From: a virus
IMG/VR virus record: IMGVR_UViG_3300004941_000003
Coordinates: 1-30,579 of that record
Direction: 5' to 3' (one strand)
DNA: 30,579 bases
Shown here: positions 15,504 to 22,320 of the stretch, piece by piece
How the letters are laid out: every line of letters starts with the position of its first letter
Numbering within the stretch: position 1 is the first letter of the stretch
The notes under the pieces: generated by a model
The model's database searches: none
Told to the model about the DNA's origin: nothing
Seen by the model: only the letters and a program-made list of their open reading frames with translations
Program-made: the position numbers and the translations under genes

Positions 15504-15800
15504 ATGAAAGTAAGAACAAACGACGGAAAAGAGGGAACTATAGTAGAAAGAAAAACTAATCAAGTTCTAGTAAAGTTTAACAATGGTACGGTAAAAGGAT
15601 ACCGACCTGAGCAAGTGCAAGAGATAGGAAAGCCAGCTAACAGCTTAAAGCCTCCTAGCCGAGAGCGTGACTTGTTAATACGAACGATTGAAACGATTGA
15701 AGGAATGAAAAAGATAGCGAAAGAATCAAAAACAGAATTTGCGCGAGGTGCTGATATGGCTTATAGTTTAGTGTTAGAAATGTTAAATGATTTGAAATGA
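15504..15800 (+). CDS. Early hypothetical protein (98 aa)
   Basis: ORF with an ATG start. Its stop overlaps the next start. Confidence 0.5.
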   Translation: MKVRTNDGKEGTIVERKTNQVLVKFNNGTVKGYRPEQVQEIGKPANSLKPPSRERDLLIRTIETIEGMKKIAKESKTEFARGADMAYSLVLEMLNDLK

Positions 15801-16234
15801 TGAAAGCAAACGAATTTAGAATAGGTAATTTAGTGATTAATAACGATATAATTTATAAGGTTGTATCTATTGATGAGGAAGGTATAATGGCAGACCCAGT
15901 TAGTCAAAAACACACTATTGATGTGAATATACGTGGTTTAGTTAAACCCATCCCCCTCACAGAAGAATGGTTGTTTCGGTTTGGGTTTGTTAGTGATAAT
16001 TATGAGTTTCAAGAAACTTATTATATTGACATAAGCACAAATGAGCGATATGATTACCAAACATTTATTCAAGCTATTGACATGGGCGGTTATGTAAATA
16101 TCTATATTAAAGAATTGGAGCGAGAACATGAAAAATATTTTAGTAACGCATTTATCAAAAGAGTTACACACATCCACACTTTACAAAACCTTTACTTTGC
16201 CCTAACAGGTGAGGATTTAATACTAGAGAAATGA
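15797..16234 (+). CDS. Early hypothetical protein (145 aa) in a low-GC patch
   Basis: ATGA overlaps on both sides. Spot GC counts of 28-33% per 60 nt compare with about 38-45% in neighbouring genes. Confidence 0.5.
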   Translation: MMKANEFRIGNLVINNDIIYKVVSIDEEGIMADPVSQKHTIDVNIRGLVKPIPLTEEWLFRFGFVSDNYEFQETYYIDISTNERYDYQTFIQAIDMGGYVNIYIKELEREHEKYFSNAFIKRVTHIHTLQNLYFALTGEDLILEK

Positions 16235-16521
16235 TAAAATACGAAAACTCAATTAAGCGCAAGATTAAAGAAATCTACGAGCGCAATCAAGAAGTAACAG
16301 GAAAGGAACTCAGCAAAATATTGAAATGCGATTTGAACTGGGCTAGAATGTGCCTATCTAATCTAAAGTACGAGGATGGAAAAGCTGAGTATAAGCCTTA
16401 CATAGTTCCTCCCCCGCCTAGTAGAGAAGACCGCCACCACGATAGTAACAGGTGGCACGACATAGAGGAGGACATAAAAGAAGTAGATGTAGACGAACTA
16501 TATAAACAAGCAATGATATGA
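16231..16521 (+). CDS. Early hypothetical protein (96 aa)
   Basis: ORF with overlapping start and stop codons. Confidence 0.5.
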   Translation: MIKYENSIKRKIKEIYERNQEVTGKELSKILKCDLNWARMCLSNLKYEDGKAEYKPYIVPPPPSREDRHHDSNRWHDIEEDIKEVDVDELYKQAMI

Positions 16522-16736
16522 AAATAACACTAGAATTTAAAGACGAAGACGCAGAGGAAGCGTTAACAGCCTTAGACGGCTACAAGTGGAAGTTAGCACT
16601 TTGGGACCTAGACCAGTATATGAGGTCGGAAATAAAGTACAATCCTGACTTAACAGAGCAAGCATACATAGCTTTACAAGAATGTAGAGATAAAATAACA
16701 ATACTATTGCAAGAATATAACTTAAAACTAGACTGA
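16518..16736 (+). CDS. Early hypothetical protein (72 aa, acidic)
   Basis: ORF with overlapping start and stop codons. Confidence 0.5.
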   Translation: MKITLEFKDEDAEEALTALDGYKWKLALWDLDQYMRSEIKYNPDLTEQAYIALQECRDKITILLQEYNLKLD

Positions 16737-16960
16737 TGACAAAAGAAGAGAAAATAATAAACGTAGCGGGCTTAGTGTACACACTTCGAGATTTACTAGA
16801 AGAGGTCGACTGGAACAGGGAACTCAAACAAAGAACAAAGAACTACGCAGCATACCTCGATAGGTTAGTAAGAGAGATAGCAGCTGATAGAGATGTATGG
16901 CAAGAGTTAGACGAATTACAAGAGCATTTTTATAATAATTTTGTGCGGGAAACGAAATAA
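16736..16960 (+). CDS. Early hypothetical protein (74 aa)
   Basis: ORF whose start overlaps the upstream stop. Confidence 0.5.
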   Translation: MTKEEKIINVAGLVYTLRDLLEEVDWNRELKQRTKNYAAYLDRLVREIAADRDVWQELDELQEHFYNNFVRETK

Positions 16961-16973
16961 ATAGTTATATTTG
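16940..16973 (+). promoter_or_regulatory. Host-type promoter in front of the ParB/PAPS-reductase-like cassette
   Basis: TTTG at 16940-16943, a 22-nt spacer, and TATATTTG at 16966-16973 immediately after the stop codon at 16958-16960. Confidence 0.5.
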
Positions 16974-16978
16974 CACAA

Positions 16979-17072
16979 GTTGCGGGTTCAAAAATAGGCA
17001 ACTAAAGGAATTAATAAAAGCCTTGTAATGAAAGCGCATGAACCCCGCTGGATTTACAGGGCTTATTTTTTT
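16979..17072 (+). promoter_or_regulatory. Structured leader with a terminator-like hairpin (attenuator, riboswitch-like element or small RNA candidate)
   Basis: Small hairpin GTTGC (16979-83) / GCAAC (16998-17002). An 11-bp stem AAGCCTTGTAA (17018-28) / TTACAGGGCTT (17054-64) is followed by T7 (17066-72). A competing long-range pairing joins GCGGGTTCA (16982-90) to TGAACCCCGC (17039-48). Confidence 0.4.
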
Positions 17073-17090
17073 ACCAAATAAATTAAAATT

Positions 17091-18227
17091 ATGAATGATT
17101 TAATTAAAGAGTCCTTTTTGAAGGATATTGAAAAAATGGATTTATGTAGTAAGGTAGATTACATAAATGAATTGAGGTTGTTTATACACAAAAACTCACC
17201 GTTTAAAAATGAGCCAGTCGATTATGTCAAATGGGTTGTGAATGAAAACGTAGTTTCTAACGACTATAATCCAAATAAGGTTGCTCCACCAGAAATGGAA
17301 TTGCTTGAGGTTTCTATTTTAAACGATGGATATACGCAGCCTATAGTTTCATGGTCTAATCCAGATAAAGATGGAAAGACTGAGGTTATTGACGGTTTCC
17401 ATAGGAGCAGAGTAGGTAAGGAATCAGTTGTTGTAAAAGACAGAGTAATGGGCTTTCTTCCAGTTGTTGATATTAGAACGGAGCAGTCCAGTAAAAATGA
17501 CCGTATAGCGTCTACAATTAGACACAACCGTGCGAGAGGTAAGCACCAAGTTGATGCAATGAGTGAAATAGTTATTGAATTAAAGAACCGTAATTGGTCA
17601 AACAAACGTATTGCAAAACAGTTAGGTATGGATGAAGAAGAAATACTTCGCCTTTGTCAAATTTCAGGATTAGAACATTTGTTTAATGACCGAGATTTTA
17701 GCAAAGCATGGGTAAGCGAAGAATCAAACGAATCGTTTATTCCAGTACACGATAAACTTCTTCCTATTGAAATAGAACAGTATAGAGCAGGAAACACGAA
17801 TGACCCAAATAGAATATTTCATACATATGATAAATGGGAATGCTATAAAGCAGGTTTTTACGAATCAAAGCATCCAAAGAAAACTCATGAGGCTTCAATA
17901 AGAATATTTAAAGAAATAATATCTAATCAAGAATCGTTTAGAAATGCTTTAAATATTGTGATAACAGAGTGGAAATACAGTTGTGAACATTATTTAACGA
18001 ATAACAGCATGAACAGAATAGCGTGGTTAGGTCAAGCTGCTGTATGTGCTAAAAGCGGTGTTCCTTCTAGGTATTCTAGTGCGTGGTTTGAGATTGACGA
18101 AGAAACTAGAAATAAAGCTAATCAAACGGCATTAGAGTTTTTAAATAAGTGGTTAGTCGCAAACAATAGAGAGGAAGTTAATATGCCGTCAGCATTGAAT
18201 ACAGGTAGACAAGTTGAACTTTATTAA
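17091..18227 (+). CDS. ParB/sulfiredoxin-fold (IbrB-like) protein with an extra C-terminal domain of unknown function
   Basis: Motifs TEVIDGFHRSRVG and TIRHNRARGKHQV, followed by an HTH-like NWSNKRIAKQLGMDEEEILRL, match ParB-like nuclease-domain (IbrB-type) proteins. About 180 further residues (YDKWECYKAGFY ... WKYSCEHYLTNNSMNRIAWLGQAAVCAKSGVP) are unassigned. Confidence 0.7.
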   Translation: MNDLIKESFLKDIEKMDLCSKVDYINELRLFIHKNSPFKNEPVDYVKWVVNENVVSNDYNPNKVAPPEMELLEVSILNDGYTQPIVSWSNPDKDGKTEVIDGFHRSRVGKESVVVKDRVMGFLPVVDIRTEQSSKNDRIASTIRHNRARGKHQVDAMSEIVIELKNRNWSNKRIAKQLGMDEEEILRLCQISGLEHLFNDRDFSKAWVSEESNESFIPVHDKLLPIEIEQYRAGNTNDPNRIFHTYDKWECYKAGFYESKHPKKTHEASIRIFKEIISNQESFRNALNIVITEWKYSCEHYLTNNSMNRIAWLGQAAVCAKSGVPSRYSSAWFEIDEETRNKANQTALEFLNKWLVANNREEVNMPSALNTGRQVELY

Positions 18228-18237
18228 TTACATAGTT

Positions 18238-19449
18238 ATGTCAAGAAAAAGAGAAATAGATATTTCGGTGTTAGAAGCAGCAAAGCAAAGAATATCTAAG
18301 ACGTTTGATGATTTTGAAAGAACGTATATTAGTTTTTCAGGTGGTAAAGATTCTACGGTAATGACGCACTTAGTTTTAGATGAAGCTAAAAAGCGTGGTG
18401 TTAAAGTAGGTTTATTAATTATTGACCTAGAAGCGCAGTACGAAGCTACTATTTCACATATTGAAGAAATGATAGAAACATATAAAGACCATATTGATTT
18501 ACATTGGTTTTGCGGTGAACTACTGCTTAGGAATGCTGTTAGTGATTTTGAACCTAAATGGGTTTGTTGGGACGAAGACAAAAAAGACCAATGGGTAAGG
18601 GAAAAACCTAAATTAGCTTCCGATTTAAGTCAATACGATTTCTATGTTCCTAAAATGGAGTTCGAAGAATTGATGGTTATATTTGGAGAGTGGTATTCAC
18701 AAGGTAAATTAACCGCTGCATTTATTGGTATTCGTTCAGATGAAAGTTTACACCGTTATAGAGCTATAACATCAAATAAAGATGGTTTAATGCATAAAGA
18801 CTATAAATGGACTACTAAAGTTTCAAGTGAATTATTTAACGTGTATCCGATTTACGACTGGAGAACGGAAGATATTTGGATATTTCACATGAAGTCAAAA
18901 CTACCTTATAACAAGATATATGACCTTATGACTAGGGGCGGTGTTAAGTTTAGCGAACAAAGACTTTGCCAGCCTTATGGAGATGACCAAAAGAAAGGTT
19001 TATGGCTTTACCATATTTTAGAGCCTCAAACATGGTATAAATTAATTAACAGGGTAAGCGGTGTTAATTCAGGTGCTTTGTACGTCAAGGAAAGAGGAAG
19101 TATAAATGGCAATACATCTATTGATAAACCCGATGGTTATACATGGGAGCAATACACAAACTTTTTGTTAAAATCGCTACCTAAAAAAACACAAGAAAAC
19201 TATCGAGATAGGTTTGAAAAGTTTATAGCTGGATGGCTTCAAAGGGGTTATAAATCAATACCTGATGAAGCACCTCATTCACTAGAAGTTAAGTGTTGGG
19301 CGCCATCATGGAAGCGAATGGCTCGTTGTATATTAAGAAATGACTACTATTGTAAAGGTTTAGGACAAACACAACCAAAGTCAGAGGCGTACGAAAAGTG
19401 GAAGTCAATAAAATACAAAAGAAAATTAGCTGAAAATTTGAATAAATAG
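18238..19449 (+). CDS. PP-loop ATPase of the PAPS-reductase family (IbrA/DndC-like) with a DUF3440-like C-terminal region
   Basis: PP-loop ISFSGGKDSTV, IGIRSDES and YPIYDWRTEDIWIF are PAPS-reductase-family motifs. The C-terminal WAPSWKRMARCILRNDYYCKGLG resembles the IbrA-type extension. No ECG(L/I)H catalytic tail of true CysH is present. ATG 18238 is preferred over the TTG at 18214 given in the track. Confidence 0.75.
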   Translation: MSRKREIDISVLEAAKQRISKTFDDFERTYISFSGGKDSTVMTHLVLDEAKKRGVKVGLLIIDLEAQYEATISHIEEMIETYKDHIDLHWFCGELLLRNAVSDFEPKWVCWDEDKKDQWVREKPKLASDLSQYDFYVPKMEFEELMVIFGEWYSQGKLTAAFIGIRSDESLHRYRAITSNKDGLMHKDYKWTTKVSSELFNVYPIYDWRTEDIWIFHMKSKLPYNKIYDLMTRGGVKFSEQRLCQPYGDDQKKGLWLYHILEPQTWYKLINRVSGVNSGALYVKERGSINGNTSIDKPDGYTWEQYTNFLLKSLPKKTQENYRDRFEKFIAGWLQRGYKSIPDEAPHSLEVKCWAPSWKRMARCILRNDYYCKGLGQTQPKSEAYEKWKSIKYKRKLAENLNK

Positions 19450-19457
19450 TATATTTG
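19450..19457 (+). promoter_or_regulatory. Host-type -7 promoter box (TATATTTG) for the replication module
   Basis: TATATTTG lies directly after the stop at 19447-49. The surrounding 35 nt are a near copy of 16958-17000. Confidence 0.45.
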
Positions 19458-19484
19458 TAGCGGGGTTTTATAGGCATATAAGTA

Positions 19485-19520
19485 AAAGGTTGTTCGTGTT
19501 TACCTTTCCCCTTTCTTTTT
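19485..19520 (+). terminator. Weak hairpin plus T-rich tract
   Basis: AAAGGT (19485-90) / ACCTTT (19502-07), 11-nt loop, then ccccTTTcTTTTT. The stem is AT-rich, so it is at best a weak terminator. Confidence 0.3.
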
Positions 19521-19544
19521 AAAAACACGATTAAAAAAAACACT

Positions 19545-20126
19545 ATGGCAACAGGCAAAAAATCATTTATCGCATACTGCGACTGGCTCGAAACATTTGA
19601 GGAGCTAGACGATGCAGAAGCGGGTAGATTAGTAAAACATCTATTTAGATACGTTAACGACTTAGACCCGCAGACCGAGGATAAACTAACGAAAATGACG
19701 TTTATACCTATCAAACAAACACTAAAGCGCGACCTTAAAAAACATGAAGCGGTAGCTGAAAGAAACCGAGAAAACGGAGCAAAGGGAGGTAGACCCAAAA
19801 AACCCACTGGGTTATCTGGGTTAAATGAAAAACCCAAAAAAGCCGATAGTGATAATGATAGTGATAATGTAAATGATAATAAAGATATATATATGTCTTT
19901 TAAGCATTTGAAAATAACAAAAGCAGAATGTATAGAGCTAAACAAGAATTACACAAAAGAGCAAATAGATACAATACTAGAAGCTATACAAAACTATAAA
20001 GGCAATACTAAATATGTTTCCTTATATTTGACGGCTAAGAACTGGCTTAAGAAAGAACACGGAGAAAACGGACGTGCAAAAGTAGACCCGTTAGTAGAAC
20101 ACGTTAAAAAAGCTACGAATACATGA
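19545..20126 (+). CDS. Replication initiator / replisome-organiser-like protein
   Basis: The N-terminus FIAYCDWLETFEELDDAEAGRLVKHLFRYVND resembles N-terminal domains of phage replisome organiser proteins. A basic linker follows (GAKGGRPKKPTG). It is the first gene of the replication module and has internal repeats. Confidence 0.4.
   Translation: MATGKKSFIAYCDWLETFEELDDAEAGRLVKHLFRYVNDLDPQTEDKLTKMTFIPIKQTLKRDLKKHEAVAERNRENGAKGGRPKKPTGLSGLNEKPKKADSDNDSDNVNDNKDIYMSFKHLKITKAECIELNKNYTKEQIDTILEAIQNYKGNTKYVSLYLTAKNWLKKEHGENGRAKVDPLVEHVKKATNT
19845..19880 (+). repeat. 12-nt tandem repeat (gatagtgataat x2 plus degenerate gtaaatgataat) encoding DSDNDSDNVNDN
   Basis: Read directly: 19845-19856 is identical to 19857-19868, and 19869-19880 is diverged. 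Confidence 0.85.
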
Positions 20127-21109
20127 TACTCAACAACGGACACAGCACAAAGTTTCTGACGGACTACCGCGACGGTAAGATACCTAAAGGCTTAAAACTA
20201 GGCTGCGCTTTAGATGAGAGCTTTGTATACAAGCATAACCAGTTAAACATCTTTCTAGGGCATGACAACGTAGGTAAGACGTATTTTCAACTTTGGTACT
20301 TTCTAGCTCTAGCAACTAACCACGACTTAAGCTTTTGTTTATTCTGCGATGAGAACAGCGCGGGTAAGATTATGCGCGACCTAGTACAGATGTACTGCAA
20401 TAAGCCCTTTATGGATTTAACGCACAAAGAAATAAGAAGAGCGGAAATAAAGCTAGAGAATCACTTTTCGTTTATTGACAATACTAAACGATACGAGCCG
20501 CGGGAGGTAATAGACTTATACTTAAACTCAGGTAGAGATACGCTACTAATAGACCCGTGGAACTCACTTAAGACGGATTTAACCTATTCTAGTAACTACG
20601 ATGTATTGAATGAGCTAAAGATGGTAACTAAAGAGGGAAAACACTCGGTATTCATAAACGCGCACCCTACAAGCGCAAGCGGTAGACTGGGAGCTGTTTA
20701 CCCTAAAGACCACCAATGGCAAGGGCAAGTAAGAATACCTTTTAAGTCGGATATTGAAGGAGGTAAAGCTTTTGCGAATAAAGCGGATGACTTCGTAGTT
20801 ATTCACCGATTAACTTCGCACGCTGAGTTATGGAAGTTTACTATGATTGAAGTAGCAAAGATTAAAGACACGGACACAGGAGGAAAGCCTACTTTTCAAG
20901 ACCAGCCTATTATGTTAGATTATAACTATGGTTTAGGGTTAACTGTTAACGGGGTAGATGTTATTAAACGCCCTCAAGCATTTCAGCAGAAAATTATACC
21001 TAACGAGCCAAAGGAGGACTTAAACAAATTTAAAAATATTAACTTTGATATTGAGAACGGGATAGATGAAGACCCGCACGAGATATGGAACACAATTAAA
21101 ACGCCATGA
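20123..21109 (+). CDS. P-loop ATPase, DnaB/RepA-like replicative helicase candidate
   Basis: Walker A GHDNVGKT and Walker B-like TLLIDPWN, with RecA-like spacing. It follows the initiator-like gene with an ATGA overlap. Confidence 0.5.
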   Translation: MILNNGHSTKFLTDYRDGKIPKGLKLGCALDESFVYKHNQLNIFLGHDNVGKTYFQLWYFLALATNHDLSFCLFCDENSAGKIMRDLVQMYCNKPFMDLTHKEIRRAEIKLENHFSFIDNTKRYEPREVIDLYLNSGRDTLLIDPWNSLKTDLTYSSNYDVLNELKMVTKEGKHSVFINAHPTSASGRLGAVYPKDHQWQGQVRIPFKSDIEGGKAFANKADDFVVIHRLTSHAELWKFTMIEVAKIKDTDTGGKPTFQDQPIMLDYNYGLGLTVNGVDVIKRPQAFQQKIIPNEPKEDLNKFKNINFDIENGIDEDPHEIWNTIKTP

Positions 21110-21399
21110 GTTACGCAATAGATGTAGTATTAAGCAAAGGTGCTATAAGACTAGCAGCTGAGCAGTTAAAAGCAATTAACGCTAAGGTAAAGGAGAAACA
21201 ACCTAGCCATGAATGGATAGAGACTAACGAGAAATGCATTGAGCAGCTTACTGAGTTATATTATTTTCTCCTATCTGTAGACAAGCAGTTAACTGAGACA
21301 AACAGGGAAAACTTTAACCAGTACAAGCTGTTACTTGAAAAGCAGAGAGAGATAGACGACCTAAAGAAACAATTAAACGAAATGAAAGAGTTATTATGA
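21106..21399 (+). CDS. Hypothetical coiled-coil protein (97 aa)
   Basis: ORF with overlapping start and stop codons. Confidence 0.5.
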   Translation: MSYAIDVVLSKGAIRLAAEQLKAINAKVKEKQPSHEWIETNEKCIEQLTELYYFLLSVDKQLTETNRENFNQYKLLLEKQREIDDLKKQLNEMKELL

Positions 21400-21758
21400 A
21401 TTTCTGCTCAGATTTTAGACACGATTTAGAAGTAGGACAAATAGGCGAAAAGCTTTTAAATGATATTCTTAACTTTAAAACTATTGAAGTCAAAAGAGAT
21501 AGCTGGATACATAAAAGCGGAAATATAGCTATTGAGTTTGAAAGTAGAGGTAAACCCTCAGGAATAGCAAAAAGCACAGCTGACTGGTGGGCAATTATTT
21601 TTAGTGGAGAATATAAAGACAAATTTATTTTAATGATTGAAGCTAACAAATTAAAAGAGATAGCTAGAATATATTACAAAAAAGGAAATATTAAAGAAAT
21701 GGGAGATAATAATACTAGTAAATCAGTATTAATACCCTTAAAAGAATTATTTATATGA
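21396..21758 (+). CDS. Hypothetical protein, possible PD-(D/E)XK nuclease fold, in a low-GC patch
   Basis: IEVKRD ... GNIAIEFES ... SGIAKSTADWW is tentatively nuclease-like. A spot GC count gives about 27% per 60 nt. Confidence 0.3.
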   Translation: MNFCSDFRHDLEVGQIGEKLLNDILNFKTIEVKRDSWIHKSGNIAIEFESRGKPSGIAKSTADWWAIIFSGEYKDKFILMIEANKLKEIARIYYKKGNIKEMGDNNTSKSVLIPLKELFI

Positions 21759-22288
21759 GAGCTAAAAAGTGCAAAGTATGTAAAGAGAAGTTTGAGCCGT
21801 TACGCCCTTTACAGGTTGTTTGCTCTACCAAGTGCGGCTACGAATACACGAAACAACAAAAGGAGAAGCAATGGAAGGAGAGAAAAAAGGAACTCAAAGA
21901 AAAGCTACTTACCCGCTCCGACTACTTAAAACTAGCACAGGCTGCTTTCAATGCTTACATACGTGAAAGAGATAAAGATAGAAGCTGTATAAGCTGCGGA
22001 ACGTATAATGGCAAAATGAACGCGGGACACTACATGAGCGTAGGAAGCACTCCCGAGCTTCGCTTTAACGAAGACAACGTGCATAAACAGTGTGAACGCT
22101 GTAATACTTTCTACTCAGGTAACTTAATTAACTACCGTATAGAATTAATAAACAGAATAGGAGAAGAGCGCGTAAATTTGTTAGAGCGCAAAGACCTTGA
22201 GCCGCTAAAGATGACTATTGACGAAATCAAGGAACTAACAAAAAAGTATAAAAAACTATTAAAAAACTTGCGTAACAATTCTAAATAA
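21755..22288 (+). CDS. ninG: NinG/Rap-like recombination endonuclease
   Basis: N-terminal CKVCKEKF...VVCSTKCG and central CISCG...NAGHYMSVGSTPELRFNEDNVHKQCERCN...SGN match the lambda NinG family pattern. Confidence 0.75.
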   Translation: MRAKKCKVCKEKFEPLRPLQVVCSTKCGYEYTKQQKEKQWKERKKELKEKLLTRSDYLKLAQAAFNAYIRERDKDRSCISCGTYNGKMNAGHYMSVGSTPELRFNEDNVHKQCERCNTFYSGNLINYRIELINRIGEERVNLLERKDLEPLKMTIDEIKELTKKYKKLLKNLRNNSK

Positions 22289-22297
22289 CTATATTTG
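22268..22297 (+). promoter_or_regulatory. Host-type promoter for the recombination module
   Basis: AAAAAACTTGC with TTG at 22268-70, a 19-nt spacer, and TATATTTG at 22290-22297. Near-identical architecture to the promoter at 14614-14644. Confidence 0.6.
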
Positions 22298-22320
22298 CAT
22301 AAACAATTAAACTTTTAAAC

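Noticed and set aside
16979-17064. tRNA or preQ1-type riboswitch in the 130-nt gap before the ParB-like gene (a GGTTCAAAA T-loop-like string, and a 5-bp hairpin followed by an A-rich tail)
   Set aside because: No cloverleaf can be drawn, because no acceptor or anticodon stems flank the T-loop-like string. The resemblance to the small preQ1-I class is limited to a short hairpin plus A-rich tail, which is expected by chance in AT-rich sequence. It is kept only as a generic structured leader pending a covariance-model scan.
18214-18237. TTG 18214 as the start of the PAPS-reductase-like gene
   Set aside because: It would overlap the upstream gene by 14 nt and uses a rare start codon. ATG 18238 lies 10 nt after the upstream stop and precedes the conserved domain. 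This cannot be decided without N-terminal data.
18238-19449. Interpreting the PAPS-reductase-like gene as a sulfur-assimilation auxiliary metabolic gene (cysH)
   Set aside because: It lacks the C-terminal ECG(L/I)H catalytic motif of CysH. It carries an IbrA-type C-terminal extension and is operonic with a ParB-like protein. A nucleic-acid-directed role is more likely than sulfate assimilation.
19289-19945. 218-aa minus-strand ORF spanning the end of the PAPS-reductase-like gene, the intergenic region and the start of the initiator-like gene
   Set aside because: It is antisense to two well-supported + strand genes and to a + strand promoter. Its SLSLSLSLS stretch is simply the reverse complement of the 12-nt tandem repeat. 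Every supported gene in this genome is on the + strand.
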